Part shown: in pieces, positions 48,131-60,416 of the stretch
How positions within the stretch are numbered: position 1 is the first letter of the stretch
How the letters are laid out: each line of letters opens with the position of its first letter
Translations under genes and position numbers: made by a program
Notes under the pieces: model-generated
What the model was told of the DNA's origin: nothing
Databases searched by the model: none
Seen by the model: the letters and a program-made list of their open reading frames with translations, nothing else
Source: Podarcis melisellensis
Taxonomy: Eukaryota
Strand: one strand, 5' to 3'
Length of the DNA: 64,000 bases
Assembly: GCA_964234715.1 (NCBI GenBank)
Contig: OZ174281.1

Positions 48131-49027
48131 TATATAATCTGTAAGTCTATAAGAAGATCCCTGCTGGATCAGATCAGAGGCCCATCTATGCCATCCTGTT
48201 CTTACATCACCAGCAAGATGCTTCATGGAAACTCAAAAGCTGGATTGACCTCTACAGCACTCTTCCCACCTGAGTTTCCCAACAAGTGGTATTCAAAGGA
48301 ATATTGCTTCTGAGGTGGAACATAACCATCAAGACCGGTAGCCACTGATAGGCTTGTCCTCCGTGAATTGTATCATTCCATATATTAAAAACAGGCTGTT
48401 ATTCACACAACACTTAAATCGGTTATCTTGTAATGCAAAAGTGCAAGGCAGTGTGTAATACGCTGAGAAAGCACTCTTGACACTGGGCAACTGCGCTCAG
48501 AATGTTAATTGCTGACACAGAGGAGCGTGCAGCTTATAAGTAGTGGGAGCTTGTCTTCTGTGATGGTTTTCCTTCCAACTGTAGCAGATTTTACAACAGA
48601 CTCTTAAAAGGGGCAACATATTTTTTTACTAATCGAAAGCTGGTAATTTTCATAGTCGTTCCACCTCTGCTTGTGACCCTTATCGCATATTCTTAATTCA
48701 AGCGTCAATATGTGTTTAACTCTTCGCTTTGCAAAATAAGTAGCAGGGCATTACTCCCGTCCTAGAGTGATGAAAGGATGTTTTCATTTCATTAAGAGTT
48801 ATATTTCACATTTTCAATTAAAGTTGTTGCTTTGGTTCATTTCCTATCGACAATAGTTATGAAGTAGGCACTTTAGGTTCATTATAATGCTAGATAATGG
48901 AATAATGGTGGTGCTGTTGTTTACACTTTAGTTAATGCACAAACAATGAGGTTTTAAAGTCCCCTGCTTGTTTGGCGAGCATCCTGTGTCGTAAGTGTAT
49001 TTTTCAGTTGTTCTTAAGAGCTTAAAA

Positions 49028-49431
49028 CAGGGGCCAGTAAACTTACTGCGCCTTGGGCTGGTGTCTCCAGCACCAATTGCACAGTGGGCCAGAGGGCGGG
49101 GGAGCTCGTGCCCACACGCGTGCGCACATGCTATTTCTGGCGCACTTCCGGGTTGGAGGAGCACTGGAAATAGCTTGTGTGCATGTGCACAGGCCTCCTC
49201 TGACCCAGATGTGCACCAGAAATAACGCTTGTGCATGCGCAAATAATGCTTGAGCATTCTCACAAGCTATTTCCGGTGCTCCTCCGACCTGGAAGTGGGC
49301 AGCCGCACAGCGCAGTGCTGGTAAGAGCGGGTGGTGGCAGCGGGCGGCGGGGGTGGGGGGTTTGCCACGTGCCGGATCAACAAGTCCCTTGGGCCTTATC
49401 CGGCCCGCAGGCCTTAGTTTGGGGACCCTTG
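49028..49431. mobile_element. hAT (Charlie-like) MITE with internal inverted subrepeats
   Basis: CAGGGG...GACCCTTG; 8-bp TSD gcttaaaa/gcctaaaa; repeated gctattt(c)cgg / ggaaatagc units. Confidence 0.78.
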
Positions 49432-50118
49432 GCCTAAAATACGAAGAACCCCCTCATTGCTCAGTTGGTTACAGCATGGTGCTGATAACACCTTATGAGA
49501 GAACTGCAAATTCCTGCATTGAAGGGGGTTGGAGAAGATGGTCCTCAGGGTCCCTTCCAACTATTCTATGATAAGCAAGTCAAGGCACCGCAGCATCCCA
49601 GGAGCAGAGTGTCAGGTCCAGCTTGGGGCAGAAGCAAAGTTGACCAAACAACATGGCAACAGTCACAATTTGATTGTCAGATCTTGCAATTGTGGAAGGA
49701 AAGGAGAAACTGGATTGTCCTGGTTGTGTGGATGGGTGGCATATCTGTGAGATGAAATGAAGCTAGCCTTTACAGGTCCTGATAAGACACTCAGCGGGCC
49801 ACCTCCTGGGCCTCTGAGCATAAAATGTAGGAAGCAAAGGAGAATATGCGTCAAAAATGGAGTTGTGGGTTCAAATCCCAACTCAGATAATAAGCTGAAC
49901 TAGTCGCTATCTCTCAGGAGTGTGTGTGTGTGTCTTAGGCCAGGGGGCCCTTCAAGCTCTTCTGGTTCTTGAATAGTGACCATTCCCTCACTCCCTGACC
50001 ACACCTCATTTCTCTGTGTGGAAGCCTCTGTCTTTTGTTTGTTGTCCCACCCGCTTTTGCTACGAGCTGCATTTACCACTGGCAGGCAGTTCCTAGCAGT
50101 TCCTCCACTACTGTCTTA

Positions 50119-50350
50119 GTCCCCCATTTGCACTATACATTTGAAGCAGTATCATACCACTTTAAACAGTCATGGCTTGCCCCAAAGGACCCTGGGAACG
50201 GTAGTCAGTTAAGGGTACTGTGAGTTGTGAGGAGACCCTCGGAGAGCAACAATTCCCAGAGTTCCCTGGGAAGAGTAATTGATTGTTAAAGTACTTTGGA
50301 AATTGTATCCCTCCCTCGGTGAGAGAAACAGGGATCTACTACAATTAGGG
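50119..50350. mobile_element. Palindromic non-autonomous DNA element; partial copies near 13255, 35990 and 57043-57437
   Basis: Shared gcagtatcataccactttaaacagtcatggct...cctgggaa core. Confidence 0.65.
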
Positions 50351-50954
50351 TGTGTGTGGAGGGGGGAGGAGACAAGGAGCGAAGTCTCTGCTCAAACAGA
50401 AACAGCTTTGCTGACAGGATGGATACAAGCTACCGTATTTAAAAGTATGTTTTTATATATTATATTTTACTTTATATTTTACCCTCTTCAAGATCATGTG
50501 TGATGAAAGGTAGAATATAAACCCTTTTTAAAAAAAATGTGTATCTTGCTACAAAGCTGGTTGTCTGTCTCCTGTCTCCATAAGTCATGATGGAAGCAGA
50601 TATGGTCCAAAGTGCAGGAAGAGAAATTCTTCCTCTGTAGCACACACAACACCTTCAGCAAAGTCAGTTGTACCCGTGTCTGCACATAAAAAGGCGGAAT
50701 TTTGCTACCTGGTTGTTAGTTTTTTCCTTAGTACCAGTGCTTGAATAATAAGCACTTAATAACACTATCTCCTGTTCATTTCTGTCCTCTCCAGGCACGT
50801 AGCAAACACTTCTGTGTGTATTAGAACTCAATTTAATAAGGGAAACTTCATTCTGCTCAGTTCTGTCTCCTCACTAAGTTGCCGGCACCGGCAAGTTTTC
50901 AGTGTGAGGTGGCTGGGCAACTGAGATGGTGCGTTTTGCAGATTGGAAATACAA

Positions 50955-51090
50955 CAACACAGTGCATAGCTGAACTGTGGAATCTGCTCTCACAAGAGGC
51001 AGTGATGGCCACTGGCTTGGATGCATTTAAAAGAGGGCTAGACAAATTAAAGGAAGATTAGGCTATCAGGGACTACTAGCTACAGTGGCT
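50955..51090 (+). mobile_element. CR1 3' fragment
   Basis: TQCIAELWNLLSQEAVMATGLDAFKRGLDKLKED. Confidence 0.8.
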
Positions 51091-51397
51091 GTGCTTGATC
51101 CCATGCTACTTTTGGAGTTTAATGTTACCCACTGGAAAGCTGCTCTTTGGTCAGATTCACATGTCTTGAGACTTGCCACATTACACCCAACTTAAGAAAG
51201 CAAGAAGAGCCTGCTGGATCAAGCCCACTTAGTCCAGCATCCTGTTCTCATAGTGGCTACTCAGATGCCAATGGGAAACCAGCAAGCAGGATTCGAGCAT
51301 AAAAGCGCTCTCCCCTCCTGTAGTTTCCAGCAACTGGTATTCAGAAGCATTATTGCCTCCAACCACAGCTAGCCATCAGGACCAGTAGGCAATGAAA

Positions 51398-51620
51398 GCC
51401 AGTGTGGTGTAGTGGTTTGAGTGTTGGACTAGGACTTGAGAGATCTGGGTTCAAATCCTCACAGCTGTGAAGCTCGTTGACGGACCTTGGGCTAGTCCCA
51501 ATCTCTCAGCCTAACCGAACTCATACGGTTGTTGTGAGCAAAAAATTGAGAGGGGAGAGAGTTGTGTATACCACTTGAGCTTGTTGGACAAAACATGAGT
51601 TATAAATGTGAACAACAACA
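51398..51620 (+). mobile_element. Older Squam3/MIR-like SINE
   Basis: GCCAGTGTGGTGTAGTGG head, GGTTCAAATCC B box. Confidence 0.78.
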
Positions 51621-51673
51621 TCCTTATCTTTTGCTAATTTGTCCACTCCTCTTTTAAAGCCATCCAAGCTACT

Positions 51674-51808
51674 GTAGCTCAGTCAGTAGAGCATGAGACT
51701 CTTAATCTCATGGTTGTGGGTTTGAGCCCCACATTGGCCAAAAGATTCTGCATTGCAGAGGGTTGGACTAGATGAACTCTCATGGTCTCTTCCAACTCTA
51801 TGATTCTA
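51674..51808 (+). mobile_element. tRNA-Lys-derived SINE with CR1-type tail
   Basis: GTAGCTCAGTCAGTAGAGCATGAGACTCTTAATCTCATGGTTGTGGGTTTGAGCCCCAC plus TTCCAACTCTATGATTCTA. Confidence 0.82.
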
Positions 51809-53669
51809 CAATAGTGGTCATCACTGCCCCCTGTGGGAGCGAGTTCCATTGTTTAACTATGTGAAGAAGGGCAAATGAGTGTGTGTCAGTATGGGCAGAA
51901 CTGCCCATTGGACAAGGAACAGAGGACTGCCATCTTGGCTTCCCCTCCTGCCTGCCTCTCTACAACATCTGGTAAATTCTACTCCAAGTCACTGTTCTAC
52001 ATCATTGGCTGCTGCTGATGGGGCAAGGAAACCAATATTGTAACGATGACAGGAAAAGGCATAAGTTAAGTTAGGCATTGTGCAGGAATTGATGGATTTA
52101 TTTATTTTTTAATGGCAGCTCCATGCTCTTTGTCAATGTGTACTTCTTCCAAAACCACCTCAGGTTGTGGAAATATTGCATTACAGAATCTTGGCTTGGG
52201 GAGAGGAGCAGCCCCAAATCTTTGGCAGTGATGCCTGATACAAATCACATTTTCCATTTCCTCCATAAATGAAGGATATGCCCCGCCTGTCAGATCTTCT
52301 GAGTGGAGCGTGTGTCTAACTGGTCTCTAGATAGGGACTGGCACACCTTCTATCTTTGCTTCAGCTAAAGTATTATAGGGACATGCTTTGAATTCAGATG
52401 ACAGAGACAAGCTTATATTTCACTGGACAAAAGCATGTATGCGTATTTCTCACCTCCCAGTACAATGAGTCCATCATCCTGTTCTACCACCTGAAAAAAT
52501 TAAACATTTGTCTTTGGGATTAAAATCTTCTAGGGAGTTTTTGAGAATCAAATGATTCTCAAAACCTGTTGCAAATGTGTGTGTACTTTAATTCCCTATG
52601 TGGGGACTGTGCTGCTTCATGGAACTGAATTTATATTCTAAGTAAGTTTACGAAACCATTTATCTAGGTGCATACCTAAACTGCTAAGGTTTTCTACAGT
52701 CTGACAGGTAGCATTTTGTAGACGCAATCTATGGCCGATTGACTGAGGAGTCGACTAATCCTCTAACCCTGTCTGCAGGCTATACTTTACCAAGAGAGTT
52801 TCCATATGAACAGTGTGGATTTTATTTCCTGCCCCAGATTAGTTTTGCTTAAGGTGTATTTTATATATCAAATTACTGCATAACTAACATGTTTTCCCAT
52901 CGTCTCCTGCAAAATCCATTCTTACTAGGTTGCAATCTCGTAGCAATCCACTTTGTCCCTATTTGCAAACTGCTCTGAAAATTACGACCTTATTCATCTG
53001 TTAATGTGGTTAGGAACCCAGCTACAACTGCCACCTATCAATGTAACGAAATTAGAGATGGTTCAGCTAAGACAGGGCACAGAGGAGGGAAACGTATTTA
53101 TGAAACACATGCCTCCCTCAACTGAAAAATGGCAGCAATTCTGATAAAATGCTTTTATTATTTACGCTGAACAAGTATCTATAGCTACAGCTTGACTACT
53201 GCCAAATCATTTTCATAATCTTGTTATAGGGTAGGCAATAAAAGGAAAAGTGCTTGAATGGAATAAAAAGGCCTAGTAGCACCTGACAAGTTTAATGGTA
53301 TGTCCGTGATATGTAGATATCCACTTTCCCATCAAAGCAGCACTGCTCACTTTGAATCCAGAAGCAACAGTAGTAGTGGTAGTGATTTCATTTCAATTTT
53401 TGTAAATGAAAAAAGAAGAAGAAGAAGAAACCCCCACAACTATTGTGGAATATGCTGGAACTATAGTGGAATATAGCAGAAGTTCAGCACTCATTTCCAT
53501 GTTATTCGCAAACAGATTTTTTTGGGGAAGCAAATAACACGGACATTTGCACTCAGTTCCACTATAGTTTCAGAAGGGGCTTTTGTGTTGTGTGAAAGCT
53601 CAAATGTAATGCAGAACTTAACAGTTGGGGGAAAGTTGTGAAATCATATATTACTCTGGGAGGCCTCCA

Positions 53670-53940
53670 ACAAAACATTAAAATACAGTAATGCATCAAA
53701 CATTAAAAGCTTTCCTAAACAGGGCTGCCTTCAGATGTCTTCTAAAAGTTTGGTAGTTGTTGTTCTCTTTGACATCTAGTGGGAGGTCATTCCACAGGGC
53801 GGGTGCCACTACCAAGAAGGCCCTCTGCCTGGTTCCCTGTAACTTGGTTTCTTGCAGTGAGGGAACCTCCTGAAGGCCCTCAGTGCTGGACCTCAGTGTC
53901 CGGGTAGAACGATGGGGGTGGAGACGCTCCTTCAGATATG
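53670..53940 (-). mobile_element. L2 LINE 3' end
   Basis: ORF 53696-53992 YLKERL...RTLRSS...RAFLVVAPALWNDLP...FRRHLKAALF. Confidence 0.88.
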
Positions 53941-55544
53941 CCTGAAGGGCTGTGAGTGGCTGATGTGCACTGCACGTTGTCCCAAACCACACTTTGTGCT
54001 GAGAGCAAAGATGATACGGCCAGGTGAAGGCGCACCTCTTTACCCAAGTCTCTGGGGATGAATGAGGAGCACTGGGAAATCGGACTCCCTGTTTGCTGCC
54101 TCTTTTTCTGCTTGTATCATGGATCTCATTTCATTGTTCTTTGTTTAACCTTAATACCATGTCAGTTTATGTTGTTAACTTGCTTTTGTTTGAGCATTTC
54201 TGCCCTGGGACTTTTCGATGTAGAGTTTACCATAAGTGCTTTAATAGTAAATAAACATCATACTTCCATTAATCAATGCATTTGGGAATCTTACAAGAGG
54301 ATTTGAGATACACTTCCACAGAAGTTCATCTAAAATATGGGTTTGCAAGAACCCCTCTATCTTAACTTCATGAGTCAGAAATTCCAGGTAGGGCGAGAGC
54401 TTTTCAGAAAAGGGGAGAGTTGGAGTCAGGTAGGAAGAGAATGGTGAGAAAATGATTATCTGGCAGTCCTCAGGGGAAGTTCTGCATGTTCCTCAAGAGG
54501 TCCTTCAGGGGGCCTCATGGTGTCACAAACGATGCTGGAGTCCTGGTGCTGGGAATGGGATGAGGCCCGGATGAACTAGAAGCTAAATTTTAGATCAAAC
54601 CAGGCTCTCTCGAGCTCAGTCTCTTGCAAAGTCTATAAATGTGAAAGCTGAAAGATCTTCCAAGTGAAGTGGGGAAAGCTGGGAGAGGGGGGAAAGGGGC
54701 TTTATTCATTCTGCCTGCAAGGGCTGTGTAAACACAAACAAAACATTCTTTCAGAAGAGAACATGGAGAACTGGCAAGAAAACAAGAGTGTAATGGAGAA
54801 GATTTGTGGGCCACCCAGCTGCCTAATTATTGGCAACATCTCTACATTTTTACAGCATGCCTCTCATAACACAGCCTCGTGCAAAACAAAATGCCACATT
54901 ATACCAAAAGAGGCTCAAACAGAAAGTTATTCTATATACTGTAGACTGACGTGCTTTTTTCTTTTTTCTTTTTTGGGAAGCCTACTGTGGAATTTTGAAC
55001 AGGCGCATTAAATTGAATAGTGCAACCTGCTGCTATCTCGCCTTGTAACGTATTAAAATTTAATTGATCGAGATGAAAGCCGAGAGTGTCTCATTTCATT
55101 TTCCATCTTGATCCTGAAGACAGTAGCGGCATTATTCACATGGTTTCTCCCAGGATGATATTGAAGAAGCAGGGCACTGTGCAGCCTTGCATTGATGGGG
55201 ACCATACTGTGCTTTTGAAGAATTACGTGGCCACTCCCACAAGGGGTGCAGCGTTTTCGGTAACAGATGCTTCTGTGGTGCCATTAAACAAACTTGAGCT
55301 TGTGGATCTGAATAAAAAATGAGGAGGAGGAGAATGCCACCAGTGATTGTGGCAATGGGCAGAATGAACTGATGCACACTGAACCAGCCTTTCCCAACAT
55401 GGAGCCCTCTGGGTGTTGTGGACACTCCCATCACCCTCAGCCAAAGGGCACCAGGCTTGGGGAAAGCTGAATTCAACAACAACAACAAAACAACCAAAGC
55501 CTTGGTGGATCAGGCCAAAGACTCATATAGTGCAGCATTCTGTA

Positions 55545-55909
55545 AGGTAAGGTAAAGGTAAAGGACCCCTGGATGGTTAAGTCCAGTCAAAGGCAACTAT
55601 GGGTTTGTGGCGATCATCTCGCTTTTAGGCCGAGGGAGCAGGCGTTTATCCACAGACAGCTTTCCAGGTCATGTGGCCAGCATGACTAAACTGCTTCTGG
55701 CACAATGGGACACTGACACAAACCAGAATGCCGTTTACCTTCGGTACCTATTTATCTACTTGCACTGGCGTGCTTTCGAACTGCTAGGTTGGCAGGAGCT
55801 GGGACAGAGCAACAGGAGCTCACCCCGTCACAGGGATTCAAACCGCTGACCTTCTGATCAGTAAGCCCAAGAGGCTCAGTGCTTTAGACCGCAGCACCAC
55901 CTGCATCTC
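55545..55909 (-). mobile_element. Sauria SINE (older subfamily) inserted into a CR1-type tail
   Basis: TSD cagcattctgta/cagcactctgta at 55533-55544 and 55910-55921. Confidence 0.92.
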
Positions 55910-57127
55910 CAGCACTCTGTACCCACAATGGCTCATGGGATTTCTGCAAACTGATGAGCACAGCAGCACTCTCCTCGCCTGCAGTTCTCAGCATATGGTA
56001 TTCAAAGGTGTATTGGTGCCTTTAGACCCAAATTATGTCTTTTATCAATCCTTCAAGGGGTTGAATATGGAACACATACAATTTCTGTTATAGTAGTTGC
56101 TCATATCATACCACAGGGCTGGAAGGAGTTATCACATTTTTTCTGTATCCTTTTTTTTGGGGGGGGGGTGATATATTAAGAGTATCTCAGGGTGTAGCTA
56201 AATCTATGGAATTTCCCTCAATTTGCTGGCCATTTGTTATTTATATGACAGGTCAATCATGGGGATGGCAAGTCCTGATGAGATATGACTTTACTTGGTA
56301 TTCATAATATTTCCTTTGTATTCTTTTTTTATCAGGCTGGTTTTTGTTGTAACTTATTATTGTGTACTGTAGTCTCTTGAGAATGCACTTTGTTTTCTGT
56401 TGTAATGGCTGTGAACCCAGGGTTTTTCTCCCCACAGTTTTCATTTTCATTTTATTTTAAAGTTCTCACCAGACTGTTATTGTAACTTCATTGTAGGTTT
56501 TGAAAATGAAGCAACAGCAACTTAAAATGCAGCAGTAAAAACAGGTTTTTTTAAAAAACTTAACAATCACAAAAATACAGTTTTGCCCCCGTGTGTCCAA
56601 GCTGAATGTCTGAAGTGGGATTAGAAAATAATAAAAGGTAACAAAAGACAGGCATATAATTCTGGAACACCTAACCAAAAGAAAGAAAGAAGACTAAAAT
56701 CTACAACTGTGGTTCAAGATTTTCCCCAGCCTGGCTAGAGATTGCCAGGAAAGCAGCACATTAGAACATTGATCCCTTGAGAGTAAAACAAAACAAAACA
56801 AACCACTAGCATCCCTTGACCACTTTAAATTAGCCCACAAAAGCTGAGATGTCTTCCAGGGCGCTCCAAGGCAACTTCAGAACTGAAGCCTGAATATGGC
56901 TAAATATATCTATTGGAAATACCTGACATGCAGGTATATATCCAAAAAGGGTATATAGTAGCAGACAATCTGGATGAATAAAGGCAGCTCAAACAATTCT
57001 TCTCATCAAAATCTGCAAAGGAAAGGAACTTAAGAGGTTACAGGTCTCATCCACATAGTCCGTTTAAAGCTATATTATGCCACTTTAACAGTCATGAACA
57101 ATTCTGGGAACTGTAGTACATTGAGGA

Positions 57128-57301
57128 CAGTGGTTTTTTTTCTTTAAAAATGTTTGGGGGGTACTCTCATTTTGACTCAAGAAAATCACAATTTTATAGT
57201 TCAAGTTGGGAAAAATAAATAAAGTAATGGACAAAAGTACAAAGATTCACAAAATGTTTAAGGGTATGCATACCCCTGCATATCCCCAGAAAAAAGCACT
57301 G
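57128..57301. mobile_element. hAT MITE nested in a palindromic MITE
   Basis: Same family as 9111-9276; TSD attgagga/attgagag. Confidence 0.8.
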
Positions 57302-57483
57302 ATTGAGAGTGCTGGGAACTGTAGATCTGTGAGGTCAGCATGCTTAAAAACTTACAGTTCCTGGGATTCTGTGGGGGAGTCCATAACTCTTAAAGAGACA
57401 TAAGAGTGCTTTAAATGGATGGTATGGCTGTGACCACAGAGCATAATAACCCTACACATGAAACCTATCAAAGGCCTTGATAT

Positions 57484-57548
57484 GAAGAAGAAGAAGAAGA
57501 AGAAGAAGAAGAAGAAGAAGAAGAAGAAGAAGAAGAAGAAGAAGAAGA
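57484..57548. repeat. (GAA)n microsatellite
   Basis: Directly visible. Confidence 0.97.
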
Positions 57549-57606
57549 GGCATGACTGCTGCAAAATATACTCTTCATGCATCACTATTTATGAACAATT
57601 AATTGT

Positions 57607-57888
57607 CTGGGTTTCTCAAACTTGGGTCTCCAGCTGTTTTTGGAGTACAGATCCCATCACCCCATCATCCCAAGTCCTGCTTGCTAGGGATGATGGGAGT
57701 TGTAATCCAAAACAGCTGGAAACCTAAGTTCGAGAAACCCTGCATTATAGCAAGAGCGAGGTTGGTGGGGTGCTCTAGATCTTGCAGGACTCCAACTCCC
57801 ATCATCCCTGACCTTTGTCCATGTTGGCTGGGGCTTATGGGAGCTGTAGTTCAACAGCATATGGAGAGCCACAGGTTTCCCAGCCCTG
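57607..57888. mobile_element. Two adjacent palindromic hAT-type MITEs
   Basis: gggtttctc/gagaaaccc TIR (57607-57742) and ctcccatcat...atgggag cores shared with 23120 and 63179. Confidence 0.65.
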
Positions 57889-57995
57889 CAGTCAAATATT
57901 ATCTTTGGCTCATCCACACAGAGGGCCAGTCATAAAGACTGATTGGCTGTGCTCACTTAAAGTTCCATCCAGCAAATCTATAACATTCTGCAGAA

Positions 57996-58655
57996 TGCCC
58001 CTTCCGATTATCAGGAGGAGGGGGGGTTGCGGGCTCCCGACCCCGCCTACACTCCCGTGGGGCTGGCTCCAGTCTCGCGGGACGCGGGGATTCCCTTAAT
58101 TAGCATAACCCCGCAGCACCAGCCAATCGGCTGGCGACGGGGGCGGGCCTTCAAGAGGCCACTTAAGGTCAGGGCAGCCCTTGGCTCGCCCCTTTTCTCC
58201 TTTGCAGCCAGCGAGGTTTGGTCGCTCCTCCGCTCGCTACCGTCCTCTGCGTCGCCTTTTCTCCGTTCGCCTTTGGCCGGGGTATTGTTATGCAAATGAG
58301 GATGGGGGGGAGGAACGCCATCACCTCCCCCAATGCTTGAAGGGTAGTTCGTTAAAGGACTCCGAGGGGCGACGCCTCGTCCGAAACCTACGGAGGCTAG
58401 GGCCTAAAGCGCGCCCCCGAGCGGTAACCCCTCGGGGAGCGCCTAGGGATATGCATCTCGGGATAGCTCCCCCTGTCGGTGTTTAACCCTTCCCGGTTAG
58501 ACCGGATAGTCGGTTAGGGGCCAATGCCTAAAGCCAATACCTCTCTTACCTGTAATCAATAAAGTTGTGGCCATTTTTCGCCCATTAACCCAAATACTTG
58601 TGTCCAGTGTCTTTATTTGCCTCACTTGTGTGGGGGGGAGGGTATAGCCGCGCAA
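57996..58655 (+). mobile_element. CpG-rich DIRS/Ngaro-like solo terminal repeat, copy 2
   Basis: CCAAT, CTTAAG, octamer 58290, AATAAA 58558; ends GCCGCGCAA; no TSD; homologous to 41487-42198. Confidence 0.7.
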
Positions 58656-59406
58656 CTCTTTTCGTGGCTAGCCATCCCAGCATAAATGCAAATCAGCCAT
58701 GGCTATGTGGCCAGTCAGGTGTTGTGTTAGAGCTGGTTAGGGTTCTGCCCTGTTAATCCTACTCAAGACAAGCAGAACTTCCTTTAAGGTATTGCTTCTC
58801 TGAACTGTCACGCTGGCCAGTTACGTGCTGGCGAGCTCAGTATCCCACTTTGTTTGCTTCCCTTGTTCTAATAATACACTCACATAATCGCAAACATCTG
58901 TATACAATGATGCAGATGTGTGTAATTATAGAAGCATTTAAAGATTACATGAGATTTCTGATGCTGAAGCCTTCCAAGCTTTCTGGTTGTTCTTTTTAAT
59001 TTATTTATTTTTGGTAAATGTTGAAAACATGTTTTTCGTTAGGGGGGATTTTTCTTCTTCTTCCATTCCAGTTATGATGACCAATATAGTCAGAAATGCA
59101 GCCTTGGGTCTCTCTGCTCTAGAAATGGCTGCCCAGTAAAGAACTGCTGGCCCTGTTTAGTTTTTGCTCTGTTTTAAAGCCTCTTCCTTTAACATTCTTG
59201 TGGGAGTCCTCAAAATTCATTTCAGGGGAGGCAAATAAAAACAAAATTAAAGTCTTCGGTTGCAAGGTAGAGATATGCAGGGTATTACACATATCAGTCA
59301 ACTCTAGCCCTCTCTATGAATATTCTGAAAAGTTACCATCCCCTGCTCACATTTCCTTTGCCATGAATAACAGCATAGAGGATTTTAGGGGGCCATTTTA
59401 GCTAAG

Positions 59407-59746
59407 TGGGTGGCGCTGTGGGTTAAACCACAGAGCCTAGGACTTGCCGATGAGAAGGTCGGAGGTTCAAATCCCCGTGACGGGGTGAGCTCCCGTTGCT
59501 TGGTCCCAGTTCCTGCCAACCTAGCAGTTCGAAAGCACGTCAAAGTGCAAGTAGATAAATAGGTACCGCTCCAGCGGGAAGGTAAACGGCGTTTCCATGC
59601 ACTGCTCTGGTTCGCCAGAAGCGGCTTAGTCATGCTGGCCACATGACCCGGAAGCTGTACGCAGGCTCCCTTGGCCAAAAAAGCCGCAACCCTAGAGTCT
59701 GCCACGACTGGACCTAACGGTCAGGGGTCCCTTTAACTTTACCTTT
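59407..59746 (+). mobile_element. Sauria SINE
   Basis: GGGTGGCGCTGTGGGTTAAA head, GGTTCAAATCC B box, ACCTTT tail. Confidence 0.93.
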
Positions 59747-60090
59747 AATTCAGATCCTGATGATATGGTCAATGGGAGTTGCAGTTCAACATCATCTGAA
59801 GGTCCACAGGCCCCTTGTGCCACTTTGAAATGGGCTGGCGAGGGGCAAATAGTACCCCTTCAAATCTAGTGACCAGCTCTATACAAATTGCAGAGTTTGG
59901 CCTTGACTCCACAGAGTCAAGAGACTAACAAAGCTGGTTTAAAATGGTTGCTGCTGGTTAAAAAAAACCAAACATGTGCCTTACAATCTCTCTTTCTAGT
60001 CTTTTTAGGAAATGTAGTCTGGTCCTTTAAGATGATTTTTTTTTATTAAATAAAATCTTAGAAATAGCATTCAGATCATATGATATGGTG

Positions 60091-60104
60091 GTTGCCATAG
60101 CAAC
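60091..60104. promoter_or_regulatory. RFX X-box motif
   Basis: GTTGCCATAGCAAC matches the X-box consensus GTNRCC-N(0-3)-RGYAAC and lies in non-repetitive DNA. Confidence 0.55.
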
Positions 60105-60368
60105 TATGCATTTGCTAAGGGATAGCAATGCAATACTGTGTAAAATGTGTAAATTATCATCTCAGAGCAACTGGTGCCCTGCAGCTCTCTGTTTCTTTTT
60201 TAAAAAGGAAGTTTTCAATGGAGATGAACTTTTCATTCACATATGTTCAAAGTGATATTACTTTGCCTTGGAAGAAATGGAATTTCACATTTTTACTGCC
60301 TCTGCTGCCAACTCGCCAGTGGCCTGGCATATAGAGAGCCCCCTTGCGCATTGTACCCAAAATGCATC

Positions 60369-60416
<48 letters not shown>

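Larger units (their letters stand above)
51190..51870 (-). mobile_element. CR1 3' end hosting two nested SINEs
   Basis: aagagcctgctggatca tail; cctcttttaaagccatccaag and gagttccattgtttaactatg pieces flank the SINEs; related tails near 48148-48370 and 55497-56010. Confidence 0.7.

Noticed and set aside
51674-51745. tRNA-Lys(CTT) gene (also 21260-21332)
   Set aside because: Mutated boxes and stems, fused to a CR1-type tail in two copies; these are SINE heads.
57352-57727. Poly-K and poly-F ORFs, and the poly-Y, poly-N, poly-I and (RE)n ORFs elsewhere
   Set aside because: Translations of microsatellites.
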